A stretch of DNA of 63,859 nt, filler included, from Chiloscyllium plagiosum (taxonomy: Eukaryota): assembly GCF_004010195.1 (NCBI RefSeq). It is 5 parts of one record of this genome, joined end to end, with 100 filler letters (N's around TTAATTAATTAA, not from the genome) between each part and the next. Parts side by side here need not be neighbours in the genome. Positions count along the whole stretch, not along the records: positions 1 to 15,763 come from NC_057717.1; positions 15,864 to 30,488 come from NC_057717.1; 3 more parts are not named here. The stretch is one strand, 5' to 3'. The notes below the pieces were generated by a model. The model saw only the letters and a program-made list of their open reading frames with translations. It searched no databases and had not been told where the DNA came from. Made by a program: the position numbers and the translations under genes. This document shows positions 11,509-21,949 of this stretch, one piece after another; position 1 is the first letter of the stretch; every line of letters starts with the position of its first letter.

Positions 11509-12000
11509 TCCTCGAATAAAGATTCATGGATTGTATGAGAGATTATTTCTGAGAGCAGGATGTTATGGAACCAACCAGAGAATGGGCTAATTTAGATTTA
11601 ATATTATGTAACAAGGAAGGATTGGTGGATGATTTGGTATTTAAGGTTTGCCTTGGAAAGAGTAACCACTTGCTGGAGTTTCACATTCAGACTGAAGGCG
11701 TAAAGATTGAGTCACACATGAGAGTTTTAGTGTTAGGCAATGGTAATTATGCTGGCCTAAGGAAGGATTTGGCCTGGGTGGACTGGGGGCGGGGGGGGGG
11801 GGGGTGTAGAAAAGAACATTCAAAGGCAGAACAGCTGAAGAACTTTGGCAAATAATTATGGAGATACTGACGACCAAGCAAGAGTTGCAAAACGGAGAAA
11901 AATCTTCCATATTTTGATAAGGAAGTCAAGCATAACATGAAGTCAAATCCGAGGGAATATCATACTGCACAAGTTAGTTACACTGTGGAGGATTGGGCAG
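11509..12000 (+). mobile_element. CR1 LINE ORF2 endonuclease fragment
   Basis: EPTREWANLDLILCN...LGKSNH (APE PTR..LDL and SDH-like motifs). Confidence 0.75.
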
Positions 12001-12004
12001 GTCA

Positions 12005-12210
12005 GTGGCCTCGCGGTGTTTAACTGAAGTTTTATGTGATAAACCCAGATAATGTTCTGGTGACCTGGCTTTGAATCCTGCCACAGCAAGTATGGGAGTT
12101 TGAAGTCAAATCTGGAATTAAGAGACTGGTGGTGATTGTGAATCGATTGCCAAGAAAAACTCACCTGGTTCACTCATGTCCTTTAGGGAAGGAAACTGCC
12201 ATCCTTACCA
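12005..12210 (+). mobile_element. SINE-like interspersed repeat
   Basis: B-box-like GGTTTGAATCC and CTGGTTCAC...TTTAGGGAAGGAAACTGCCATCCTT; related pieces at ~45690-46065, ~48120-48250 and ~53775-53925. Confidence 0.6.
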
Positions 12211-12214
12211 TAGA

Positions 12215-14305
12215 CTCACGACTCTCAGGCTGAAGGCATTTCTCCTTATCTTCGTTCTAAAAGATCTTCTCTTTACTCTAAGATTATGTCCTTGATTCCT
12301 TTCTCTCCTAACAATGGAAGCATCTTCCCAACATCTACTCTGACCTGGCATTCAGTATTCTGTATGTTTCCTTTAGATCTCCCTTTATCCTTCTAAACAC
12401 CAGCGAGTATAAACCCAGAGACCTCATATGTTAAGCTTTTCATTCCTGGGATATTGGGCCGAAAACAGCACGCAATACACCAAAAGTGGTCTGAACAGAG
12501 TCTTATAGAGCCTCAGAAATCCATCACTGCTTTAATATTCAAGTCGTCTCAAAATAAATGCCATCACTGTATTTGCTTTTCTGACGGGTGCGCAACCTGA
12601 AAGAATAATCTTACGATGGACAATAATAAATTTACCATGGAGTTACAAAAATGAACAGTGATTAAAACATGCTGGGAAATGGATCCCAGCCTTGATTAAA
12701 GTCTATGTGCTTATCCACATGCTGCAGAATCCAGACAGGATGCAGTTACCCAGATATGGTTTGCAAACAAATCTAACAGCTCCAGACCCTGCAATACCCA
12801 CATGAAGTTGGACCTGAATGGGACAATGGAATATCGCCCTTGGGCCATCAATGTGACAACAGTAGGTTGGGTCTTATTGATCAGGGTAAATGAATCTGAT
12901 CATTCCATTGGAAGATCCTGCACACCCTCACAAAAAGGCGTGAAGACTTGGAAGGATAAGAATCACCGTAAAACCACTCAGAGAGTGGTAACTCGAGAAT
13001 AACTACTGAAAGAGAGACACTTACAAGACCATCAGAAGATCAAGAAGATTTCACCACATGGAATCTGGTCAACTTCGAGTGGGTTGGTATGTGATCATGC
13101 AAAGTTAAGTTAAACTGTAAGATAGTTTATAGTGTTTTTCATTACATTAAAGTACGTTTTATTGTTCTAATATTAATTATGTTCAATAAACAAATATTAT
13201 TGTTTATAAGAGTTGACTCAGTTCTTTTGATGAATATAAGATTTCAAACACTTTGTGAGGCAGATACTGACTACTGACTCAGCTTGCACTTTTAGCTTGA
13301 GACAATCCTGGACTGGAACTCGCAACACTCTTTGTACTTCACACGTCTGAATTTTCTCCACAGTTACAAAATAGTCTATACCTCTCTTCTTCCTACAAAT
13401 GTGCATCACCTCGCACTTTCTCAGGTTTTACTCCATCTGCCACTTCTTTGTCCACTTTCCTACCCTGTCTACATCCTTCTGCAGCCTCCGTGCCTCATCA
13501 ATGATACTTGTCCCACTACCTAACTTTGCATCCTTACTACTTACTCAGCTTGCACGTTTACCTTGAGACAATCCTGGACTGGAACTTGCAACATTCTTTG
13601 TATTTCAGACGTCTGAATTTTGTCCACAGTTTTAAAATAGTCCATACCTCTCTTCTTCCTACAAAAGTGCATCACCTCGCACTTTTTCAGGTTTTATTTC
13701 ATCTGCCACTTGTTTGTCCACTCTCCTACCCTGTCTAAATCCTTCTGCAGCCTCCCTGCCTCATCATTGATACCTTTCCCACTACCTACCTTTGCATCAT
13801 CTAAAAGTCTCACCGGAGTGCCCTCAGTTCCTTCACCTAGATCCTTAATGTACAAAGTAAAAAGTTTTGGTTCCCTTGCGGAACGCCAGTTGTCATCAGC
13901 TGCTATCCTGAGAAGGACCCTTTTAGTCCCACTCTCTACTTTCTGCCAGACAGGCAAGCTTCGGTACACGTTAGTACCTTGCCTCTGACACCATGGGCCT
14001 TTATCTTATTCAGCAGCCTCCTATGAGGAACCTTGTCCTTTATGAAATGCAGATAGATAGCATCCATTAGCTCTCTTTGGTCTAATCTGCTTGTTACATT
14101 CTCAAACAATTCTAACAGAGGAATTAGCATGGCCTCCCATTGATGACACCGTACTGACTTCGCCCTACTTTACCATGCACTGGGAAATATTCAGAAATCT
14201 CATCCTTCACAATGGATTCCAGGAACTTACACAAGACCGTGGTTAGGCTAATTAGTTTGTTATTTTCTGTTTTTTGCCTTATTCCCTTTTTAAACAGGGT
14301 GTCAG
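12215..14305 (-). mobile_element. CR1 LINE RT/3' region (interrupted, partly tandem-duplicated)
   Basis: KVPHRRLLNKIKAHGVRG, LFTLYIKDL, LQKDLDRVGEWTNKWQM. Confidence 0.85.
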
Positions 14306-15304
14306 GGAGATCCAAGATGGCGGCGACCCAGTAGGTCTGAGTCTGCAGAGCTCTGTCCAATACTCAGGCAAAGTGGGGTATCCACCCTCACATCACCTGC
14401 TAAATTGTTTAAAATAGTTTTTGTACAGCAGCCTTGGCCATTCTACATTAAACTTTAGCAATTTGATGCTTTTTAAAATGACCAAAGGCAAAGGCTCCCG
14501 CAGTTCCCAACAGGTGCGAATCATTCCCCCCCCCCCCTCCCCCACCCACACCGCAGCGAGACAGCTATCCGCAGCCGCCCAGGGGGACTCACCTGCAGAG
14601 GCGAGACTGATCTCAGAACTTGCTAAACTCTGAGAGAAGATTGATCCGTCCATTGAAGAGATGCTGTCCAGGTGGGATTCGATCTCGATCATGCTGCATA
14701 AACATGATGGGGAGGTCGAGAAACTCATGCAACATGTCAGGGGAGCGGACCAACGGGCCTCGGCCTCCGAGACCACTGCTGAGCCATCTATGGATCAGGT
14801 CTGGGGTCTGGAACATCGAGTCCCGACCTTATAGGAACATATTGACGACCTCGGAAATCGAGGTCATCGGGAAAATATTCGATTGCTGGGCCTTCCCGAA
14901 CAGGAGGAGAAAGGGCAGCTTGTTGATTTCCTGGAGCAATGGCTCCCACAGCTGCTGAAAATGGAGTCGTAGCTGGGCCAAGTGGAGTTTGAGCGGGCCC
15001 ACCGTGTTGCTGTGCGCCAGCTCATGTGGGACCAGCGCCCCTGCCCAGCCCTAGTTCAACTTCAACATTACAGGGAATAACAGATCCTGTGAAAGGCATC
15101 CAGAGTGTTGGGGAAGGATCCCTATGCCAGGATATACAAGGGCTCCAGGATAATGTGGTCCGTAAGAACAAGGCATTTGATAAGGCGAAGAAGCGTCTGA
15201 GGGATTTAAATATTCAATATTCTATGCGCTGCAGTCATGGAGGATCTGTGTATAACTTTAGATCACTGGAAAAAGTAAAATAATTCCTGGATGCTCTCAA
15301 ATAG
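14306..15304 (+). mobile_element. L1-clade LINE 5'UTR + ORF1 (14478-15304, disrupted)
   Basis: Begins GGAGATCCAAGATGGCGG (YY1-type motif); ORF1 has DDLGNRGHRENIRLLGLPE and ERAHR motifs; internal stops. Confidence 0.85.
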
Positions 15305-15476
15305 ACTGCGGGACTTGAACTGTATGGATAATGGCATTATTTTGCCCCCCTTTTGTTTTTCCCTCCTCCTTTCTTCCTCTTTCTCTTCTCCATATTTCCT
15401 TGGTGGGGTGGGGCTCGATCCTTATCCTTTTTATAGACCCTTATCTTTAGCTTGCGGGTATATTTGATTATTGGGG

Positions 15477-15763
15477 GATGTAGATAGGCCAACAAGAGGT
15501 GAGGCCATACTGGATTTGGTTCTGGGCAACGAACCAGGCCAGGTATTAGAATTGAGGTAGGTGAGCACTTTGGGGACAGTGACCACAATTCAGTGACTTT
15601 TACTCTCGTGATAGAGAGGGATAAGTGTGCACTGCAGGGCAAGAGTTATAGCTGGGGGCAGGGAAATTATAATGCGGTGAGGCATGACTTAGGATGCGTG
15701 GCTTGGAAAAGTAGGCTTCAAGGAAAGGGCGTAATTGATATGTGGAGCTTGTTCAAGGAGCAA
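15477..15763 (+). mobile_element. CR1 endonuclease fragment
   Basis: RPTRGEAILDLVLGNEPGQV...HFGDSDHNSV. Confidence 0.8.
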
Positions 15764-16254
15764 NNNNNNNNNNNNNNNNNNNNNNNNNNNNNNNNNNNNN
15801 NNNNNNNTTAATTAATTAANNNNNNNNNNNNNNNNNNNNNNNNNNNNNNNNNNNNNNNNNNNNGACATACATACACACATAAGCAAATCATCTATGAACA
15901 ACCCTTGCAGTGTTTAATGGATGAGTGCTGAGAGAGCTTTAATATGCAATGTGTGTCTTCCATGCTATACATGCGGACAGTGAGTTTGATATGGTAGTTT
16001 AAATGTAGTTTTCATCTGTCTTTAATCTTTTCTGTGACAGCCGTGGTTGTGTTTGACAAATATTCAACAGAACTGGGGGACAAAAATGCAGTCACTGCAT
16101 TAGAGGCAGAATGCAATATCATCAAACAGGGAGGAAGGCGATCCCTGTCTTTTTTCATGATGAGGAGGGATTGAAGCAGCTGGGCTTCAAACATGAAATG
16201 GAGGTTAATTTAAATGAGGCCCATACAATTCTGAAAAGACTAACTTAAAGCAAA

Positions 16255-17355
16255 GGGATAGGGAACCAGAAGCAGCCTGTTCAGCCAATGGAGTTTGATC
16301 TTCCAAGCAATGACATCATGGCTGAACTGATAATCCTCACCTCCACTTTCCAGCGTTTTAACTGTAAGCATTGATTCAATTACCAAATCAAAATCTGTCC
16401 ATTTCAGCCTTCAAAATCCTGAATGACCCAACCTTGACAGTCTTCTGTGGTAAAGAATTCCACAAATTCTCTACATTCTGGGAGACAAAATTCTCTTCTG
16501 CCCGAAATTTGTGACCTCTAATTTAGACATTCTACTCTCTGGTCCGAAACTCTCCCACAAGGGGAAACAACATTTCTGCATTTACACAATCAAGTTTCCT
16601 GAAAATAATAGATGTTTCAGAATGTCAGTACTGAATCTTCTATGTTCTAGTGAGTATAGGCCCAAACAACTCAACCTCTACTCTCACGACTGTCCCTCCA
16701 TCTTCAGGATCAGTCGACTAAACCTCATGTGGATTGTCTCTCTGTCCAATGTACCTTTCCTTTATGATATGAGTCCCAAGAACAGGTCACAGTATTCCAG
16801 CTGTGGTAGGAATAGAGCTTCTTTTCAGTTTTAACAAACATTATAGTCATACAGATACGAGGAAAAAGGCCTTGGCAATTCACCATATCAATGCCCCTCA
16901 TGATTTTATAAGTCTTGTTCAGGCCACTCCTTAGCCTCCTTTTCTCTCACTGCAGGGAAAAGAGAAGCTCCAGCCTATTCAGCCTCAGCTTATAGCTTAA
17001 ACACTCCAGTTCCAGCATCATTCTTGGAAATCTTTTCTACACCCTCTTAAGTTTCACAAAATCCTTCATAGAAACGGTCAGCCAGATTTGTCTATAAAAA
17101 TTCTAAATGTGGCCTCACAAATGTTCTGTACAGCTGAGACATGACATCTCGACTCCTACCCTTAACATTATGACCAATGAATGAAAGCGTGCCAAACACC
17201 TTTTCCCCCACCCTGTCTCCCTGCAACTCCACTGTCAAGGAAGGATGCATCTGTACCCTTTGGTTTCTTTGCTCAGCAACACTCCCCAAGGCCCAGCCAT
17301 TAATTATATAAGTCCTGCCCTGGTTTGCCTTTCAAAAATGCAACACCTACATTTA
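16255..17355 (-). mobile_element. Two CR1 3' fragments
   Basis: LYRTFVRPHLE and typical CR1 3' region on the minus strand. Confidence 0.7.
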
Positions 17356-18315
17356 TTTAATGAAGCTTGGGTTCATGAAAGGCAAGTCACCTTTAACTGA
17401 TTTATTGGAATTCTTTGAGGTTATAATGACCGTGGTAGACAATGGGGAACTGGTGAACGTGGTGTATCTGGGTTTCCAAAAGGCATTCAGCAAGGTGCTG
17501 CACAAAAGGCTGCTGCATAAGATAAAGATGCACAGTGTTACGGGCAATGCATTAGAATAGACAGAAGAATGGTTAACTAACAGAACGCAAAAAGTGGGGA
17601 TAAATGGGTGTTTTTCTGGTTGACAATCAGTGGCTAGTGATGTGTCTCAGGAATCAGTGTTGAGAATGCAACTGTTTACAATTGTTGGGACTGCAATTGT
17701 TTACAATTCAGTTAGATTGCTTCGAGTTAGAGACCCAAGTGTAGTGTGTTGTAGTTCGCAGAAGCCACTGAAATGAGTGATAGAGCAAAGTGTGCAGAAG
17801 GATATAGACAAGTAAAGGAAGTGGGCAAGGGTCTGGCAGATGGAGTACAATGTTAGTAAACATGAGGTCATCCATTTTGGTAGGATTAATAATAAATTGG
17901 GCTACTTTAAAATGGTGAAAAATTACAGAATGCTGCTGTGCAGGGGGTCCTGGGTGTTCCTGTGCATAAAACACAAAAGTCTGGTTTGCGAGTCCAGTTG
18001 CTAATTAGGAAGACAAATGGAATAATGTCCTTCATTGCCAGTGGATAGAGTTTACAATTAGGACTTTCTGCTGGAGCTGTGTAGGGCGCTGGTTTGGCCA
18101 CGCCTGGAGTACTCGAGACACTTTTCATCGCCTTCCATGAGATGGCACTGGGGTGGGGTTTCCTGAGGAGGTTGACTACGTTGTTTCTGGAAATGAGGGG
18201 GTTGTCTTATGAGGAGAGATTGAGCAGACTGGGATTATACTCATTGGAATTCAGAAGAATGGGGGAGGGAATTGTAAAATTATAAATGGGATAGAAAAGA
18301 CAGAAACAGGGAGGC

Positions 18316-18707
18316 TCACAGTTTGTGAGAAGATTTGTAGCTTGGGTGCTCGTTGTTGTGGTTCTGTTCGCCGAGCTGGGAATTTGTGTTGCAAACGTTT
18401 CGTCCCCTGTCTAGGTGACATCCTCAGGGCTTGGGGGCCCCCTGTGAAGCGCTTCTGTGATGTTTTCTCCGGCATTTATAGTGATTTGTATCTGCCGCTT
18501 CTGGTTGTCAGTTCCAGCTGTCCGCTGCAGTGGCTGGTATATTGGGTCCAGGTCGATGTGCTTATTGATTGAATCTGTGGATGAGTGCCATGCCTCTAGG
18601 AATTCCCTGGCTGTTCTCTGCTTGGCTTGTCCTAGAAGACTAGTGTTGTCCCAGTCGAACTCATGTTGCTTGTCATCTGCGTGTGTGGCTACTAAGGATA
18701 GCTGGTC
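18316..18707 (-). mobile_element. Penelope-like element 3' end (GIY-YIG C-terminus + pLTR)
   Basis: DQLSLVATHADDKQHEFDWDNTSLLGQAKQRTAREFLEAWHS...INKHIDLDPIY. Confidence 0.85.
18391..18430 (-). ncRNA. Minimal type I hammerhead ribozyme
   Basis: CUGAGGA-U-GUCaCCU(AGAC)AGGgGAC-GAAAC-GUU: conserved core boxes, a stem II and a palindromic ACGU stem III. Confidence 0.7.
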
Positions 18708-19119
18708 AAGCCAACGTCTTCACCGAAAGGGTTGTGAATCTGTGGAATCCCCTGCCTAATGAAGCAGCTGAGGCTGACCTGTTGAATGTTTTAAAGGTGA
18801 AGATAGATTTGTGAACAGTAAAGGAATGAAGGGTTATAGTGAGGGGAGGGTAAGTGGAGTCTCAGTCCATTGAAAGATGATCCACGATATTATTGAAAGG
18901 CAGAGCTGACTCATGGAGTCAGATGGCCTACTCCTGATTGTATTTCTTATGTTCGGATGTTGTTATGTTCTAACAGGCCTCCACTTCAAACGTAATGCTC
19001 TCTAACTACTAAATAAAAACGGAAAGAACTGTGGATGCTGTGTATCAGAAACAAAAGCAGAAACTGCTAGAAATGCTCAGAAGTTCTGGCAGCATCTCTG
19101 GCGTGAAAGGCTCACCGGT

Positions 19120-20890
19120 TTACGGTTCCCTTGCTTTTCCATACAACTTTCTTCAATAATGCTGCCACATTAGTCACTGTCCAGTCTTCTGGCATCTCAT
19201 CTATGATTATCAACAATACAAATATCTCAGCAAGGGGTCCAGAAATCTCTTCCCTAGCTTCCCACAAAGTTCTGGGAAATACTTAATCAGGTGTCCAGGA
19301 TTTATTTCTATTTTTCTACTTTAAGGCCTCCAAAACCTAATTTTCTGTAAAATGAACGCATTTTAAGATCACATTATTTATTTCCCAAGTTTCTTAGCTT
19401 CAATGCTCCTGTCTACTGTAAATATTAAGGAAAAATATTTCCTTAGTGTCTCTGCCATCTCCTGTGGTTACATGCATGGATAGCCATGCTGATCTTTAAG
19501 GGCTGTATTCTCTCCTTCGTTATTCATTTAACCTGAAAATAATTTTAGAATCTTTTCGGGTTCTCCTTAATTCTATTTTCCAAAGCAATTTGATGTCCCC
19601 TTTTTTCCCCTCATGATTTCCTGTTTAAGTATACTCCTACTGCCCTTATACCCTTCTCAGGATCACTCCATCCCAGCTGTCGATATCTGATGAATGCTCC
19701 CTTCTTTTTCTGGACAAGAGTTGCAATTTCCCTCATCATTGAGCTTTTCCCATGCCTTGCCCTTCACACAAACAGAAACATACCATCACTGAACTCTCAT
19801 TGTCTCGTTCATAAAGGCCTCCCACTTGTCAGCCGTCCGTTTACCTGTGAATAACCTCCCCCAACCAACTTCTCAAAGTCTAATACCATCGAAACTGGCC
19901 ACACTCTAATTTGAAACTTTCATTTTTAAATCAATTCTATCCTTTCTCATCATTATTATTAAACCGATAGAATTATGATCACTTTCCCTGAAGCGTGCCC
20001 CTATGGACACCTCAGTCACTTGCCCTTCATTGGTTCCCAACAGAAGGTCAAGTATTGCGAACTGTCCAATACATCCACATATCCAATACATCCACTTATT
20101 GAATAACAACGTTTTCTTGTACACACTTAACCAATTTCTCCACATTCCAAGATCTTAACACTACCCCAAACTCTGTTTGGAAAGTTAAAATTCCCTACCA
20201 TTATCCTTTTCTTTCCTCACAGATAGCATAATCGCTTGTAAATGTCCCACTGACTATTAGGAGACCTATTTTACAATCCCAGCAAAGTGATCACCTCTTT
20301 CTTATTTTTAAGTTTCATCCATATAACTTCACTGGGCAGTCTCCAAGACATATCCTCTCTACATCCAGCTGTAATGTTCTTTCTAACCAAAAACACCACT
20401 CCATCTCATCTCTTGCTCCTCTGTCTATACATTCTATAGCATCTATATCCTGGTACATTAAACTGCCAGTCCTGTTCATCCCTGAACCACATTTCTGTAA
20501 TAGTAATGATATCCTTGTTCCACATGCCCATCTATGCCCCATGTTCATCTGTCTCACATGTCAGGCCTCTTGCATCAAAGTAAATGCAGTTTAGTAGTCT
20601 TACCTCACTCTTGCCAAACTGTTGTCTGCCTTGACCCCTAGAATTTGCTCACCGCATCTCACCTCAAACATTTCTTTTTTCTCACTATCTTATTGGTTCC
20701 CACCATCCCCCTTAGTAGTTTAAAACCTTCAGCATACTGCTAGCAAATTTCCCCATAAGAATATCGGTCCCCTTCCAATTCAGGTCCCTCTTAAACAGTT
20801 CAATTCTATCCCTGAAGAGATCCCAATGATTGAAAAATGGGGCTCATAACCCCTGCAGCAGCTCCTCAGCCACACATTAGCTGCTCTCTC
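19120..20890 (-). mobile_element. CR1 ORF1 end / ORF2 endonuclease region (degenerate)
   Basis: AILDLLLG.NEGQVTEVSIG..FRESDHNSI; ITEMW-type APE N-terminus. Confidence 0.75.
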
Positions 20891-21949
20891 TGACTGTTCC
20901 TAATCTCAATATTCCATTAGTTTTTAAACAAACCCCAACATGACATTTGCCATCCTTATTGACAGTTGAAATTAAAAGCTAACTTTTTGTGGTTCGAAGA
21001 TGCGGACTCCTTGTAGATTTATGAATTCAATCTCTATCTTGCCTGTTAAAATGCATAACTTCACTGTTTATGTCTGTGCTCATTTATTTAATCCACATTA
21101 CATTATTATGCAAAGCTACTTGTTCACTCTCTTGTCTATCTGTATCCCTCCGCAAACTTCTTTTTGTGTCATACTCACCACTTGTCTCCGCTCCAATTTT
21201 TGAGTCATTCGCAAACTTGCCTACAATATATTCACTTTCCTCATCTAAGTCATCAAAATACTTTGTAAGTTTTTTTTTGTCCCCAGAACAGATTTATGTG
21301 GCACTCCACAGATTGACATTCTGTAAAATAAAACTCTTAATCAAACTTTTCTGATTGGGATTTCAAAGATCCTCTCTCCGTGTTAATACCGTACCTCCAA
21401 AGCCAAGGCTCCTTTATTATTCAGTAATCTTATGCATGGGTGCTATCAAACACCTTCAGAAAATCAAAACATGTTACAATCACGGTTTCCTCCATTTTCT
21501 CCAAGAATTCCAATACTTTTATCAGGCAAGATTTCCATTTTGTAAAGCCATTTACAGTCTTCTGCTGTAACATCCTTTTTTAAAGACTCCACCATTTTTT
21601 TCAATAAATGATGTTAAACTAAGTAGCCTCAGTCAATATTTTTTGTGTGCCTTAACTTTTTATGAGTGAAAGTGTTGGGTGAAGGATCTACTATCAGCCC
21701 TCACTTCCAACTGCTGGAGAAGCACTGTCATTGCATCTACTGTGAAAATCTCAACAAAATGTATCTATGTTCATTTACTGAGAAAGCAATTCCACAAATG
21801 TTCTAGCTCATCACCTTCGCTGGCGGTCCCAGATTTTACGAAGCAACTCATTGAAAGTCGACAAGGCTAATTAGCAGCAAACCAAGATGAATAATTGAGC
21901 AAAAATATTTCAATTCCTGGTCACGTATTTTTGTTCATCTCTTTTTAGG

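Larger units (their letters stand above)
17356..18970 (+). mobile_element. CR1 RT/3' end, interrupted by a Penelope fragment
   Basis: GFMKGKSPLTDLLEFFE, VYLGFQKAFSKV, LSYEERLSRLGLYSLE; TTATGT-type tail near 18945-18970. Confidence 0.85.

Noticed and set aside
11785..11805. Poly-G/C tracts (also ~14525, ~30814, ~54147) as functional G-quadruplexes
   Set aside because: Homopolymer expansions inside decayed LINEs, prone to sequencing error.
14478..15304. L1TD1-like domesticated ORF1
   Set aside because: Several in-frame stops and frameshifts; ordinary decayed L1.
15764..15863. Palindromic TTAATTAATTAA inside N runs (also at 30533, 47851, 56481)
   Set aside because: Identical 44N+12+44N layout four times: an artificial scaffolding linker with stops in all frames. 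Adjacency across these gaps is uncertain.
21790..21870. Gypsy RT/RNase H-like SPSLAVPDFTKQLI
   Set aside because: Too short and isolated to call a feature.
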